Shown: positions 39,051 through 52,044, counted from the stretch's first letter. The stretch: DNA of 64,000 bases from Octopus sinensis (GCF_006345805.1 NC_042998.1:131750001-131814000); one strand, 5' to 3'. Translations and numbers: made by a program. Notes: generated by a model not told the origin, from the sequence alone.

Positions 39051-41837
39051 ATCGACAAAACAAATACTAGCTGAGCAGTGGGGTCGATATAATTGACCCC
39101 TGAGCTCTCAGCAAGCATTATATGTTCTGTTACTTAGATTATTTTAAAGTTTTCAACTGTTTAAAATTAACGTTAACATTTACGTAAATTTAATTACTTT
39201 CGTTTCTAGTATTGTATAAGATAAGGCGATTATAACTTAGATATTTCCACTCTGATATAAATCCCCCGATGCTCTTCTATCCCGATCTGTAGGATCAGCC
39301 CCTGTTTCTTTTTAGAAAGACATTCCACAAATGCATGGAAGGTAGTATCCGAGAACTGAAGTGTTAATTTTTGAACACAACTCTGAAGTTGTTTCATTTA
39401 TTCTCAATGAACTTTTTACAAGAGATATTGTGACTAGTGAGAAAGGGAGCACAAACCAGACACCAGATATTATTGCTTCCAACAGAGTGAACTCTGCCAA
39501 GTGCACCAAGGAAGTAATCAGTGCCAAGATTTGAACTCGGAACGCAAGGAACCATAACAATATTCCGCCAGTACAACGCCAAGGGTTGGTACATTTTATC
39601 CAACCTCCCAAATTAGATTCAAAGTTAACCTGAGCAGGACTTGAATTCAGAGCGCCGGAAGCCAAAGAAGAACACTGCAAACTGATGCCCTCGAGTAACT
39701 CTGCGAATTAATCGCATGGAATTCAAAAAATCTAAATTTTCACTTTTCAAATCATTGCAATGGCGTTTCGCTTAACCCTTACTATTTGCAGAAGAGTTTT
39801 TTTTTCTCTCTTAAGGAAATTGCTGATTAGATTTTTGAGGGGTTAATATCTAAATTTATGAAAAAAAATCTGATCAGGATACTAAATACAGGGATATTAA
39901 GTGTTCTCAAACTCTCTTCAGACGAAGCAAACCCGAGTTACATACTCACTGAGTTAAGCACAGACACCTGATGAACATTTAAGGTAAATCTCGAGCGAGA
40001 TTCATTAATATTTTTGGTATACAGCACATAATATATATAATTGCAAAATCTCTGGCTCTTTCAGTGAGGATAGCGAATAAATCCTTTTTAACCTCTATCA
40101 CAAACTCTCGCTAACCATTCGAGCCTACATTGAATATATTATATCAAAAGTAAAAAAATAATAAAAAAATAAAAACAAAAAGGAAACAAACAAATCCAGT
40201 GAAAATTATAGATAAAATACCTGGCTTAAGAAAAATTAATTTAACAAATTCACCAACAAACTTTTTGCAGCTGTATTTATATATTTATCAGTTAATGTTT
40301 TTTTGACTGCAACCTTCATGAAACTTTATCTTTTATCACTGTTTAAAATCCTTCTGCTCAGATTACCGCTCCACAAACTGTAATCACTTCAGAATTTATT
40401 TTAATTCTTCACGAAAGAACTTCGCTTCTTAGCCAAACCGCATTTACTTCCTATTGTATGCTCAGATAAAAGAATATCTTATGGCTTGGAGATGAGTGGT
40501 GATTTAGACATAGTGTTCTTCACAAGCTCATCAGATTTGGTTGGATTAATGCGGTCGATGTTCAGTTTGAACATCTGGAAGCCGACGTTTGCAAGAAACC
40601 GTAGGTAGGAGATGGTTGATGGCTAATGATTAGTAAAAGAATGGTTACACGTTCTGCAGCAGTTTTACGATTCAGAATGGTATCTTTAGGGGACAGCTGG
40701 TAATTTGTGAGAAATTAGGACAGATCTACTCGTCATCTCAACACTTTACCCCCGTTCTCATCACTACTACTGATCTCATAATACTCAGACTACTATCTAC
40801 ATCAGACCTCATTAGACTTATAAACTTGCTCCATCTCACAGCTACCTTAACCACATCTACATCTAAACCACCTCTGTGTCACATCTGGTAGTCAATACTT
40901 GATAAAAGGTTAACAAGGCAGTGTAGCCCACGTCTCATAGATAACACTTTTCTCGTTCTCTCCCACCTCTCTTCTCTATCTTTAACTCCCTCTCTCCCAT
41001 CCCCTCTCTCTTGCTCTTTCACTTTCTCGCTTTCTTTTTCTTCCCCATCCCCTCCTTTTTCTCTGTATCATTTTCTATCTCTGTCCCTATCTCTTTTTTC
41101 AGTGTGACGATCAGTGAACCATTCAATCTATTTATCTATCCATATCTCTATATTTTCCCATCTATACATCTACTTACATATGCATCATCCCTTATATCTG
41201 TCCACCTACCTTCTTGTCTTTACATCTATCCATATATCAATACAGCTAGCCAAATATTCATCCATCTATCTATTTATCTGTCTATCTATCCCTCCATCCA
41301 TCCATCTGTTTATCTGTATGTATGTATGTATGTATGTATGTATGTATGTATGTATGTATGTATGCATGTATGTATACACATAAATCCATATCTCTCTTCA
41401 GCCAACTCTACACTTATCTATCTTTCCATCTATCCTGGTGAAGAAAACTGATAGAAATTCAGTAGAGCAGTAACAAGACCACTCACACACACATACATAT
41501 CTAAATAGATGTGTATTTACACAAACACACACATACGTACATAAAGCCACATATATACATTCATACATGAATACATACACACACATATACATTTATAGTC
41601 TGCCCAACACTAGATAACCCAGAAGAAATTTATTAAATTTAAACATTGCAAAGCCTCATTGTGGGCGAAGTAGGATTGTAAACACATTCTTTCCAAGCTG
41701 TTGATGCACAGAAAGAAGAAGGAAGCTCATGACTGACCATTAAACGATCTGTTGAAGACGTACCCGGCTTTCCTCCGCGATCAACAGCACAAATCATTCA
41801 GCTGATGTATACATACAACCTTGACCAAAATTATGGA

Positions 41838-41970
41838 TGCTTACCAACCACATGGTTTCAGGTTCAGTTCCACTGCGTGGCACCTTGGGCAAGTGTCTTC
41901 TACTATAGCCTCGGGTCGACCAAAGCCTTGTGAATGGATTTGGTAGACGGAAACTGAAAGAAGGCCGTCG

Positions 41971-42036
<66 letters not shown>

Positions 42037-42053
42037 CGTGTGTGTGTGTGTGT

Positions 42054-42114
<61 letters not shown>

Positions 42115-42133
42115 CGTGTGTGTGTGTGTGTTC

Positions 42134-42164
<31 letters not shown>

Positions 42165-42370
42165 TCCCCCAGGCATTGCTTGACATCGATGCTGGTGTAT
42201 TTACGTCCCTGTAACTTAGCGGTTCGGCTAAGAGACCTATAGAATAAGTACTAGGCTTACAAAGAATAAGTCCTGGGGTCGATTTACTCGACTAAAGGTG
42301 GTGCTCCAGCATGGCCGCAGTCAAATGACAGAAACAAGTAAAAGAGTAAAAGAGTAAAAGAGTAAAGAGT
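41838..42370 (+). mobile_element. SINE family A with (TG)n core
   Basis: Family motifs. Confidence 0.9.
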
Positions 42371-43485
42371 AATATGATTGAAACTATTGTAACGTAGTTA
42401 CTCTTCGCCAATTATTGGAGTATCGCCACTACTTATGACGATACTTTTTTACACTATAACCGCGTAATAACAATAAACATATAACAATGCAGGTTAGCAA
42501 CAACGTAACACTCCAACAAACTCTCCACGAACTATACACGAACCAACAAACGATATTACGACAAACTATCAAAACGACACCTTACGACTTCCTGCGATTA
42601 ACGCCTACTCTCTCTCTCAGACCGTTACTATTTATAGACGTTCAGTCAAGTCTATTCTCGCAGGGGGGTGGCGTGCCTCTAGCCACAACAGAAACTCATT
42701 TACTAAATAACTGAAAACAGTATAATAAACATCCGAGACTCTATCCTATCAATAATTAGTTTTTGATGTGTCCTTCTCGTGCTTTTATAACCACTTTTAT
42801 GCATTTTTGCATACTTAAGATAAGTTGGTGCAATCGACCGGGTCAATTTTTGGCTACTCATTGTGTGGCACTAGCGTTTTTGCCTATTTGTTTCAGTGAA
42901 TATCTTATTGATAACTTGATAATGGTTAATATTTGTTGAAAATGTCTCCCAAGTAACAGATTCCTGAAGATCAATGGGCTCAAATCTGTGAAGGATTCTC
43001 CCTAGTTGAAATTGCAAGAAAATTGAAATGCTCGAGAAAAGGGGTCTAAACAACCATCAGGAAGTACAATGAGGCCAGTTCTCTCAAAAGCCGCAAAGGA
43101 TGAGGTCGCAAAAAGTGTACAGCCACGTGGGAAGACAGGTTTCAATCATATTCTCTAATTTTCATACTTGCTGCATAATTGTGGCCAAGGTTGTACATCA
43201 GTCATAAATTACAGTGGTATAGCGGTGGATCGCCTAATTTGCATATTTGTGCTATGACGGATCGTCATTAATTAAACAATAATTTTACTTTTATGTATAA
43301 TACAGCGTTAATCACAAGAACTGAAATAGATTTTGGCTGTGTGGTAAGAACCTTGCTTCCTAACTACATGGTTCTGGGCACCGTCCCATTGCGTGGCACC
43401 TTCGGTAAGTGTCTTCTACTATAGCCTTGAGCCGACCAAAGCCTTGTGAGTGGATTTCGTTGACGGTAAATGAAAGAAGCCCGTC

Positions 43486-43558
<73 letters not shown>

Positions 43559-43593
43559 TGTGTGTGTGTGTGTTCGTGTGTGTGTGTGTGTTC

Positions 43594-43624
<31 letters not shown>

Positions 43625-44946
43625 TCCCCCAGGCATTGCTTGACATCGATGCTGGTGTATTTACGTCCCTGTAACTTAGCGGTTCGGCTAAGAGACCTAT
43701 AGAATAAGTACTAGGCTTACAAAGAATAAGTCCTGGGGTCGATTTACTCGACTAAAGGTGGTGCTCCAGCATGGCCGCAGTCAAATGACAGAAACAAGTA
43801 AAAGAGTAAAAGAGTAAAAGAGTAAAGAGTAATATGATTGAAACTATTGTAACGTAGTTACTCTTCGCCAATTATTGGAGTATCGCCACTACTTATGACG
43901 ATACTTTTTTACACTATAACCGCGTAATAACAATAAACATATAACAATGCAGGTTAGCAACAACGTAACACTCCAACAAACTCTCCACGAACTATACACG
44001 AACCAACAAACGATATTACGACAAACTATCAAAACGACACCTTACGACTTCCTGCGATTAACGCCTACTCTCTCTCTCAGACCGTTACTATTTATAGACG
44101 TTCAGTCAAGTCTATTCTCGCAGGGGGGTGGCGTGCCTCTAGCCACAACAGAAACTCATTTACTAAATAACTGAAAACAGTATAATAAACATCCGAGACT
44201 CTATCCTATCAATAATTAGTTTTTGATGTGTCCTTCTCGTGCTTTTATAACCACTTTTATGCATTTTTGCATACTTAAGATAAGTTGGTGCAATCGACCG
44301 GGTCAATTTTTGGCTACTCATTGTGTGGCACTAGCGTTTTTGCCTATTTGTTTCAGTGAATATCTTATTGATAACTTGATAATGGTTAATATTTGTTGAA
44401 AATGTCTCCCAAGTAACAGATTCCTGAAGATCAATGGGCTCAAATCTGTGAAGGATTCTCCCTAGTTGAAATTGCAAGAAAATTGAAATGCTCGAGAAAA
44501 GGGGTCTAAACAACCATCAGGAAGTACAATGAGGCCAGTTCTCTCAAAAGCCGCAAAGGATGAGGTCGCAAAAAGTGTACAGCCACGTGGGAAGACAGGT
44601 TTCAATCATATTCTCTAATTTTCATACTTGCTGCATAATTGTGGCCAAGGTTGTACATCAGTCATAAATTACAGTGGTATAGCGGTGGATCGCCTAATTT
44701 GCATATTTGTGCTATTGACGGATCGTCATTAATTAAACAATAATTTTACTTTTATGTATAATACAGCGTTAATCACAAGAACTGAAATAGATTTTGGCTG
44801 TGTGGTAAGAACCTTGCTTCCTAACTACATGGTTCTGGGCACCGTCCCATTGCGTGGCACCTTCGGTAAGTGTCTTCTACTATAGCCTTGAGCCGACCAA
44901 AGCCTTGTGAGTGGATTTCGTTGACGGTAAATGAAAGAAGCCCGTC

Positions 44947-44985
<39 letters not shown>
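42100..44985. repeat. Near-identical tandem duplication, period 1460 bp
   Basis: 42161 matches 43621; only a 1-bp indel noticed outside the microsatellite. Confidence 0.95.
42385..42690 (-). mobile_element. Solo LTR (306 bp) with 5-bp target-site duplication
   Basis: Ends TATTGT/ACAACA, GAAAC at 42380-42384 and 42691-42695, minus-strand TATAAATA; duplicated at 43845-44150. Confidence 0.7.
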
Positions 44986-44987
<2 letters not shown>

Positions 44988-45476
44988 TGCATATGTCCCC
45001 TAACATCACTTGACAATCAATGGTGGTGTGTTTACGTGCCCGTAACGTAGCGGTTCGGCAAAGAAGGCGATAAAACAAGTACTGGGCTTACAAAGATTAA
45101 GTCCTGGGGTCGGTGTCTGTTCGACTAAAGGTGGTGCTCCAGCATGGCCGCAGTCAAATGACTGAAGCAAATAAAAGAATAAAAGAGTATCAGAAAGCGG
45201 ATGAGAAAGTGCAGTCGGATGAATGCACATCAAGCAAGAGTACGAAAGCACACAGATGAAACAAGAAACAAGCACAGCGGAGAGATGTATTGGAAGAGCA
45301 TGGAAATGGAAAAAGGAAGAAATTGCGAGGAAAACAAAAACAAGGAGTAAAACAGAATGAGATAGGTTAAAAAACGGTAAGTATATAAAATTGTGGAAAG
45401 AACTACAATTAAAAGAAAACATTTGAACATTTTAAAATATTGTAAAGAAAAAGAAGAAATAAGGAATTGATGAACA

Positions 45477-45882
45477 AACAAGTATTTAAAAGGAAAGATC
45501 AGGGTTTCGCATTGCAGCGAAACTAGAGGTGGTTTTAAGATTAATTGTAAAGTGTATTTGTAAAGTTTAGTTGTAAAGTTAACCATAAAGTGTGTTTGTA
45601 AAGTTTTATTGTAAAGTTTAATCGTACAAACAAGTATTTAAAATGTTATTTTTGTTGGAAAAAAAAGGACACATATGAACGTTTATTTTAAAGGTAGGAA
45701 ACGAAAGGAAGGGTCAGTTTCGCATTGCAGCGAAACTAGAGGTGATTTTAAGGTTAATTGTAAAGTGTATTTGTAAAGTTAATTGTTAAGTTTAATCATA
45801 AACTGTGTTTGTAAAGTTTTTATTGTAAAGTATAATTGTAAAGTATAATCGTAAAGTCAATTGTAAGGTCTAATTGTAAAGG
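45477..45882. repeat. Imperfect direct repeat (period about 210 bp) built from about 13-bp ATTGTAAAGT subunits
   Basis: GTTTCGCATTGCAGCGAAACTAGAGGTG at about 45503 and 45717. Confidence 0.85.
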
Positions 45883-45889
45883 TATTCAC

Positions 45890-46249
45890 GGTTCGTCACG
45901 CAGCGGGGGCGAGATGGCCGTCTCATTTGCATCATAATTATATTCATTTCATTATCATTTTCCATTCGTTTTTATGACCCCGCATGTTTGTGTATGTCCC
46001 CTCTGTGTGCAGGCCTTATGTCTATAATAAAGAGAAAAAGGCATGCTACTCCAGACTGACGACGAGAAAGACTCGGAAACTAGTCTCTGGTTGCAGGCTT
46101 AGCTGGGTGGGGGTGCTTGTCTCCCCCTTGTAAACATAAGGACACAGGAAATGTGTCAAGGCCGACAGAAAGCGTTGATGTTTCCTAGGGATAAATAGCG
46201 GTGGTGTGATTTCCTTTATGGGACTGTCACATTAAGTTGACAGTTATAC
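45890..46249 (+). mobile_element. Retrozyme-like or non-autonomous PLE element A; 5' end approximate
   Basis: Contains a canonical HHR; architecture shared with 56244-56661. Confidence 0.65.
46051..46090 (+). ncRNA. Minimal type I hammerhead ribozyme, fully canonical core
   Basis: CCAGA CUGACGA CGAG-AAAGA-CUCG GAAA CUAG UC UCUGG; predicted cleavage after GUC at 46085. Confidence 0.9.
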
Positions 46250-46314
46250 AACTACTCTATCGTACCACCACTGCTTATATCTCTCTGAGATATTCAGAAA
46301 TGTAATATTTCTAT

Positions 46315-46353
<39 letters not shown>

Positions 46354-46904
46354 TAATCCAAACAAGAAAACACAGAAAAAAAGAGAAAAAAAAACACAGG
46401 ACGTGGAACAATTAAAGTATTATTGACGCTCACGAAAGAAGGGATATATATTCCTTGTTGGAGTCGTAAGGGCGCCCTTGCGATATACCGCTTGTATAAG
46501 CATTTTTAGACCTAAAGAAACCTAGGTCTATCTCCATGGCCTGATGATAGTCGATTTCTTCCAGAAAATAGAGGGAAGGAGAGTGAGACAGACAGAAAAT
46601 GAAAGGCAAATTTGACCTCAGCGCGACTTGAACGCAGAGTGCCGTAGTGATGGCAGCATATCAATCTATCCGATGCTCCTGCAAACGCAGCCTCTCAGCA
46701 GTCATATGTCTGCGTAAGTGTCAATCTTTTGTTGATGCTATGTCACTATCTCTCAGAAATTAAGAAAAAACAAAGAAATATATAACGAAAGAATGCAACA
46801 GCAAGGAATTACATTAACAGGAACAAGAACGTTCATAATGTTATTGCGAAATTTCGTTCATTTGGGAGTTTTGAAGATGATTATGTTGTTCTCCGTTTCC
46901 CTCA

Positions 46905-46970
46905 TGATCTACATCGTCGTCGTCATTTTCACAATCATCACCATCATCATCATCATCGTCGTCGTCGTCG

Positions 46971-47019
<49 letters not shown>

Positions 47020-47130
47020 TGTCGTCGTTTTCATCATCGTCATCAAAATCATCGTTATCATCATCGTCATCATCATCATCATCATCGTCATCATCATCAA
47101 CGTTATCATCATCATAGTCATAATTTTCAC
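46905..47130. repeat. (CAT)n/(CGT)n microsatellite
   Basis: Direct inspection. Confidence 0.9.
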
Positions 47131-47421
47131 CATGATCAAGGTCAACGTCTTTTTTCCTCGTTTCTTTTCGGCATTATCATTGTTCTAACGAAATCAACAC
47201 AAAGGAAATCAAAAACTTTGAATATATATATATATATTTGAATGAAGTCCTCTGAAGAATCTCCACTTTACATACTTATTCCCATATGTTTGTGCATCTG
47301 TGCTTGCATGCATGTGTGTGTGTGTTTGTCTCTATGTAAGTATATGTCTATATCTATACACACACACAGACATATATATATATGCATACGCATATATAAT
47401 ATTATATATATATGCATACGC

Positions 47422-47517
<96 letters not shown>

Positions 47518-48235
47518 AACACACACGCACACATATGTATGTAAGTATGTATGTATCAAGGGAAAGAGACACGGCGGACATTTTAAACATTATTTAATAG
47601 AAATATAATATTTCGCTCTTATCTTTTGCCAAATATTTCCTTTTTTTATTTTTTAAGCATATTTAGCTTTCACAATCTTTTTGACGCGACCTATTCGACA
47701 CCTTTTACATTTACATATGCATGTGTATGTGCGTGTGTATATCTGCATGTATATGTGTGCGTGTGTATATTATACACATACACACACACACGCGCGCGCA
47801 AGTACGGGTGTCTCATGGGTTGCACCAAAACTTTGCGAAAGCGAAAAATATTTTTAAAAAATTTATATTTACATAAAGAACATGAGTAGAATATTATATT
47901 TCTATCGAATAAGGTGTTTAAATCATTCGCCGTCTCTTTTAATAACACCATGGGGACAGCTGATTACATTTTCTATAGAAGCTGCGGTTGCATCAGGTGA
48001 CAGTCATGAAGCTTCAGTTTGAATACGTTGTCTTAATTTGTATGAGCTTTGCTGTAATGTATGGTGGTAAATGTCTGACTGAAAACTGTATAGGAGTCTC
48101 TAAGTTTCCTATAGGTTAGTACACTGCCATTGAACAAACAACGATCGAACTATTTTCAATATTCGCAGCACTGTCATTAATTGTTCGATAACCATCTTTG
48201 TATCATTACTGGTCTGGCAATGTGTTACCTTGTGT

Positions 48236-48667
48236 GGATCTTTTCGGTTTGAACGGTAGTTTTTAACATAATTTCTAGGTAACTAAAAAATTTTAAACTT
48301 CGTATACTGGTAGAATGTGTTTATAAAACATCTTTTTCTCTTGGCTTTAATGAGAAAATTCTATAGTTTGTAAGATATTTGTTGTTCTTTTTCTGCAATA
48401 CCTGCAATTTCAGCCAATCAAATACGTCTATTGAGGTAAAAAAAAAAACATTCTGTGCCGTATGAATATGTCCCTCGTTTAAGAAACAGATTGGGTTTAT
48501 TTACATTTCTGAAGAAAAAAAGATAACCTTCCCCCCACCCCTAACCCTAACTCACCCTAACCCTAAAACAGATTGAAATGCAATAGATCGATACTAGGGT
48601 TATAATTATGGGTGACAATTTCATATGCCACCGCTAGAAAAATCTGCCGTACAAACCGAAAAGATCC
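48236..48667. mobile_element. MITE with 8-bp target-site duplication (Merlin-like, GG termini)
   Basis: TIRs GGATCTTTTCGGTTTG / CAAACCGAAAAGATCC; CCTTGTGT at 48228-48235 and 48668-48675. Confidence 0.9.
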
Positions 48668-50017
48668 CCTTGTGTCACTATCGGTGTATCCTTAACGTAC
48701 TGGTAATGAACAAATACGAAGAACGTAACCCCACTATTAAGTGATCTCCAGCATTCTTCTTTGAAACCCTGAATATGACCGCTCGACCAGCTAGAAATAG
48801 CAGATTAATGTTTCTCAAATCACGTCCATCCGTATTAAAAAGTAAATGTGAAATATGTATGTAGCAATGATTGACTTTTATCATAGATCTACTGTCAGAA
48901 ACTATAAAAAACAATAACAACAACTGTGCTGACTAAAAATAAAATAAGTCCATTCCTACACATGTCTGGCTTGTCCGGCTCGGCAGAAACCTACTATAAT
49001 GATTGCGATAGGTTTGTCACAGTAAAGAGTGTTTTTTTTCTTGAAGTCAAATTGTAAATGGTTTCCATGGTTAAATTCTCCATTAAAATAGCAGTAAAAA
49101 ATTAATCTGTTCAAATAATGTCTTCTATTCATAATTTCGGAGAAATCAGTCTCCAAAATCTTTATGGAAGGTATTTTATGACATATCAAAAGTTACTGCA
49201 GCATTAATGAACTATTCTTACGGTAGAAATCGAGCTACTTGAGTCAAAATATGGTGTAGAATGGTGTGTGTAATCTGTATATGATGTAGTGGCTGAGAAT
49301 AATCTGAGATAAAGAACATCGAAATTCTGACGCTGATGGCAATAAAGTATTAGTAATATACAATCTGGTGTCGGATAAAAAGCTAAAAAGTGAGGACTAA
49401 AGATATGTAGCTGATGGACGCAGCCCTGTCCATGCACACAGATCTTTTACTGTGCCACTAAATAACGTTGCTGATGGTGTATGCGTGAGTCTTAATATTC
49501 ATTTTTACCAGCTGAGTGAGCTGGAGCCATGCGAAGCAACGTGCCTTTCCTAATGACACAGCACGCCTCAAAGACCGGAAATCGAACCCACGACCTTATG
49601 ATCGGTAGTCTGATTGCCTAACCACAGATGCTCAAATTTTGACACATCTCCCTCATTTCCTATCATTTCAATTTTTCTTTGCTATCTTGTAAATGTTTTT
49701 TTGCTTTCGTTTTTTTTCTTCTCAAATTTACGAGATCCTTTTTCATAATTTTTATTGATCTGAAATATAACTATTTCTAAATAAATATTGAGAGCGGTAT
49801 CGTAGATTACCTTGATGCTATTAAAACTTCTTTTATCGACTTCGTGGGGATTACAGGAAAACCTTTCAGCGTAATTTGAGCATGGAAGGTGAAAGAACGT
49901 GAGTAAATACAGCAATATACTTTACCTGCTTGACAGAAGTGTAAGAGAGATATCAAGGAAGAAACCAGAAGACGCCGAAATGAAAATACCTATATACATA
50001 CATATATACATGTATAC

Positions 50018-50215
50018 GATAATAACGGTATTTATATAAGCTTTAAGCTTATAGCGATCGCCGTGCAAAGACTACGGAAAATAGTTTAATAATGGGGCAT
50101 ATGAGCCCCTGACAGAAAAAAGGTAGGCTTATATGCTCCATTATTAGACTATTTTCCTTAGTCATTGCACGGTGAACGCTATAAGCTTTAAGCTTATATA
50201 AATACCATTATTATC
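50018..50215. repeat. Inverted repeat: 90-bp arms, 18-nt loop
   Basis: 50018-50107 versus 50126-50215, about 9 mismatches. Confidence 0.9.
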
Positions 50216-50349
50216 ATTTACAAGATTGTAAAACTCGGCTCCGCATAACAAAATCATTCGCACCGAATACACACACGCACACACACACACACACACACTC
50301 ACATACACACACTCACACACATGCATATGTATTTATGTATGGATGTATG

Positions 50350-50399
<50 letters not shown>

Positions 50400-50412
50400 T
50401 ATATATATACTA

Positions 50413-50599
50413 TAAACTATAAATTAGGGTATCTGAGAGATACCCTGACCCTAAAGCCACCTTAAATGTTCATATCGCGCCAGGATATCTCCTGGATATC
50501 TCCTGTCGCGATATGAACAATTAAGGTGATTTTAGGGTCAGGGATTTGACTGCTATTTCAGCATGGTGGTATCTCTCAGATACCTTAATTTATAGTTTA
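50413..50599. repeat. Inverted repeat with about 73-bp arms; right arm has about 24 extra nt
   Basis: 50413-50485 versus 50501-50599. Confidence 0.9.
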
Positions 50600-51173
50600 A
50601 ATAATTATTACCTTTGTATGGTATTTATTCCCATGCTGGCCACTAGATAAGATCGATATTTAAATATCGATATTATCCTTATTTATAAATAAACATATAT
50701 ATATATATATTCATATATATTTATATACATACATATACATATATATGTATACATGCATATACATACACACATACACACACACACACACATAAATATATAT
50801 ATCAAAACAGTAAAGAAATTTTCAGTTTGAGGCTGTAAGAAGTATCAAAACATTCAGTAAGCTTTTGGCTACCAACTAAACTATATTTTCGTTCTCTCTC
50901 TCTCTTACGCATAAAAAAGATGTTTGCATATGTATCTATGGGCGAAGGTCAAGAATACGCACTCCCGGGGTTTAGGGTTAGGGTCACGACGAAACATCCG
51001 CCTATTTATGTACGTGTATAGGAAAGATAATGTAAGTGGTTCGACAGAATATATCAATAGAATAAGCACCAGACATACAAAGAATAAGTTCAGAGGTCAA
51101 TTTCTTCAACTAAAAGGTGGTACGGCAGCATGGCCACACTCAAATGACTGAAACAAGTAACAGAGTAAAAGAG

Positions 51174-51222
<49 letters not shown>

Positions 51223-51232
51223 TATATATATT

Positions 51233-51281
<49 letters not shown>

Positions 51282-51395
51282 GTATTATGTATGTATGTAT
51301 GTATGTATGTATGTATGTATGTATATATAGAGATAGATAGATATACATATGGATATATATATATGCATATACACACATATTTATGGATATATATA

Positions 51396-51434
<39 letters not shown>

Positions 51435-51435
51435 G

Positions 51436-51467
<32 letters not shown>

Positions 51468-52000
51468 TTGACAACCGATGTTGCTGTGATTATGTTCCCA
51501 TAACTTAGTGGTTCGGCAAAAGACGCAAGTAAAATAAGTACTAGGCTTGCAAAGAATAAATTCTATGGAGATGTGTTCGATACATATATATATGTATATA
51601 TATATAAATATATATAACTACACATATATGAACGTATATATATGTATATGTATATAAACATACATACATGCGTACATAATACATATGTATACATAATACA
51701 TGCATATATATATATTTATGTAAGTATATGTATATGCATAGTGAAAAATTAGTTCTTATGGGCTCTGTTAATATGTTCCAGATTTCTCGACCATATGGGA
51801 TTTAAAAATTTTAAATACCCAAGAGGGATTTACATAGAAAATAGATGCACACGTACTTCACAGAGCATGTCTTAATACATTGAAACTTACTATTTTCACT
51901 GACTGAGAGTTCTGTGTAACTAATTAAATATTAATTACAGCTATGGTAAAAGTTTATGTGAAAATTTATGACGGAAGAATACAGAATACGGCGATATAAA

Positions 52001-52044
<44 letters not shown>

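Larger units (their letters stand above)
41816..43193 (+). mobile_element. Tc1-like deletion derivative hosting a SINE and a solo LTR
   Basis: TIRs CAACCTTG.CCA.AATTATG flanked by TA; 42942-43140 encodes, with stops, GFSLVEIARKLKCS...KYNE.SS.K.RKG.GRKK.T...EDR. Confidence 0.8.

Noticed and set aside
46505-46555. GAAACCTAGGTC...CTGATGA as a hammerhead
   Set aside because: No consistent stems I and II; the segment folds better as a simple hairpin
46793-47188. Hydrophobic poly-Ile membrane protein ORF
   Set aside because: Translation of a (CAT)n microsatellite
50966-50985. Telomeric repeat
   Set aside because: Only two TTAGGG units, compatible with chance
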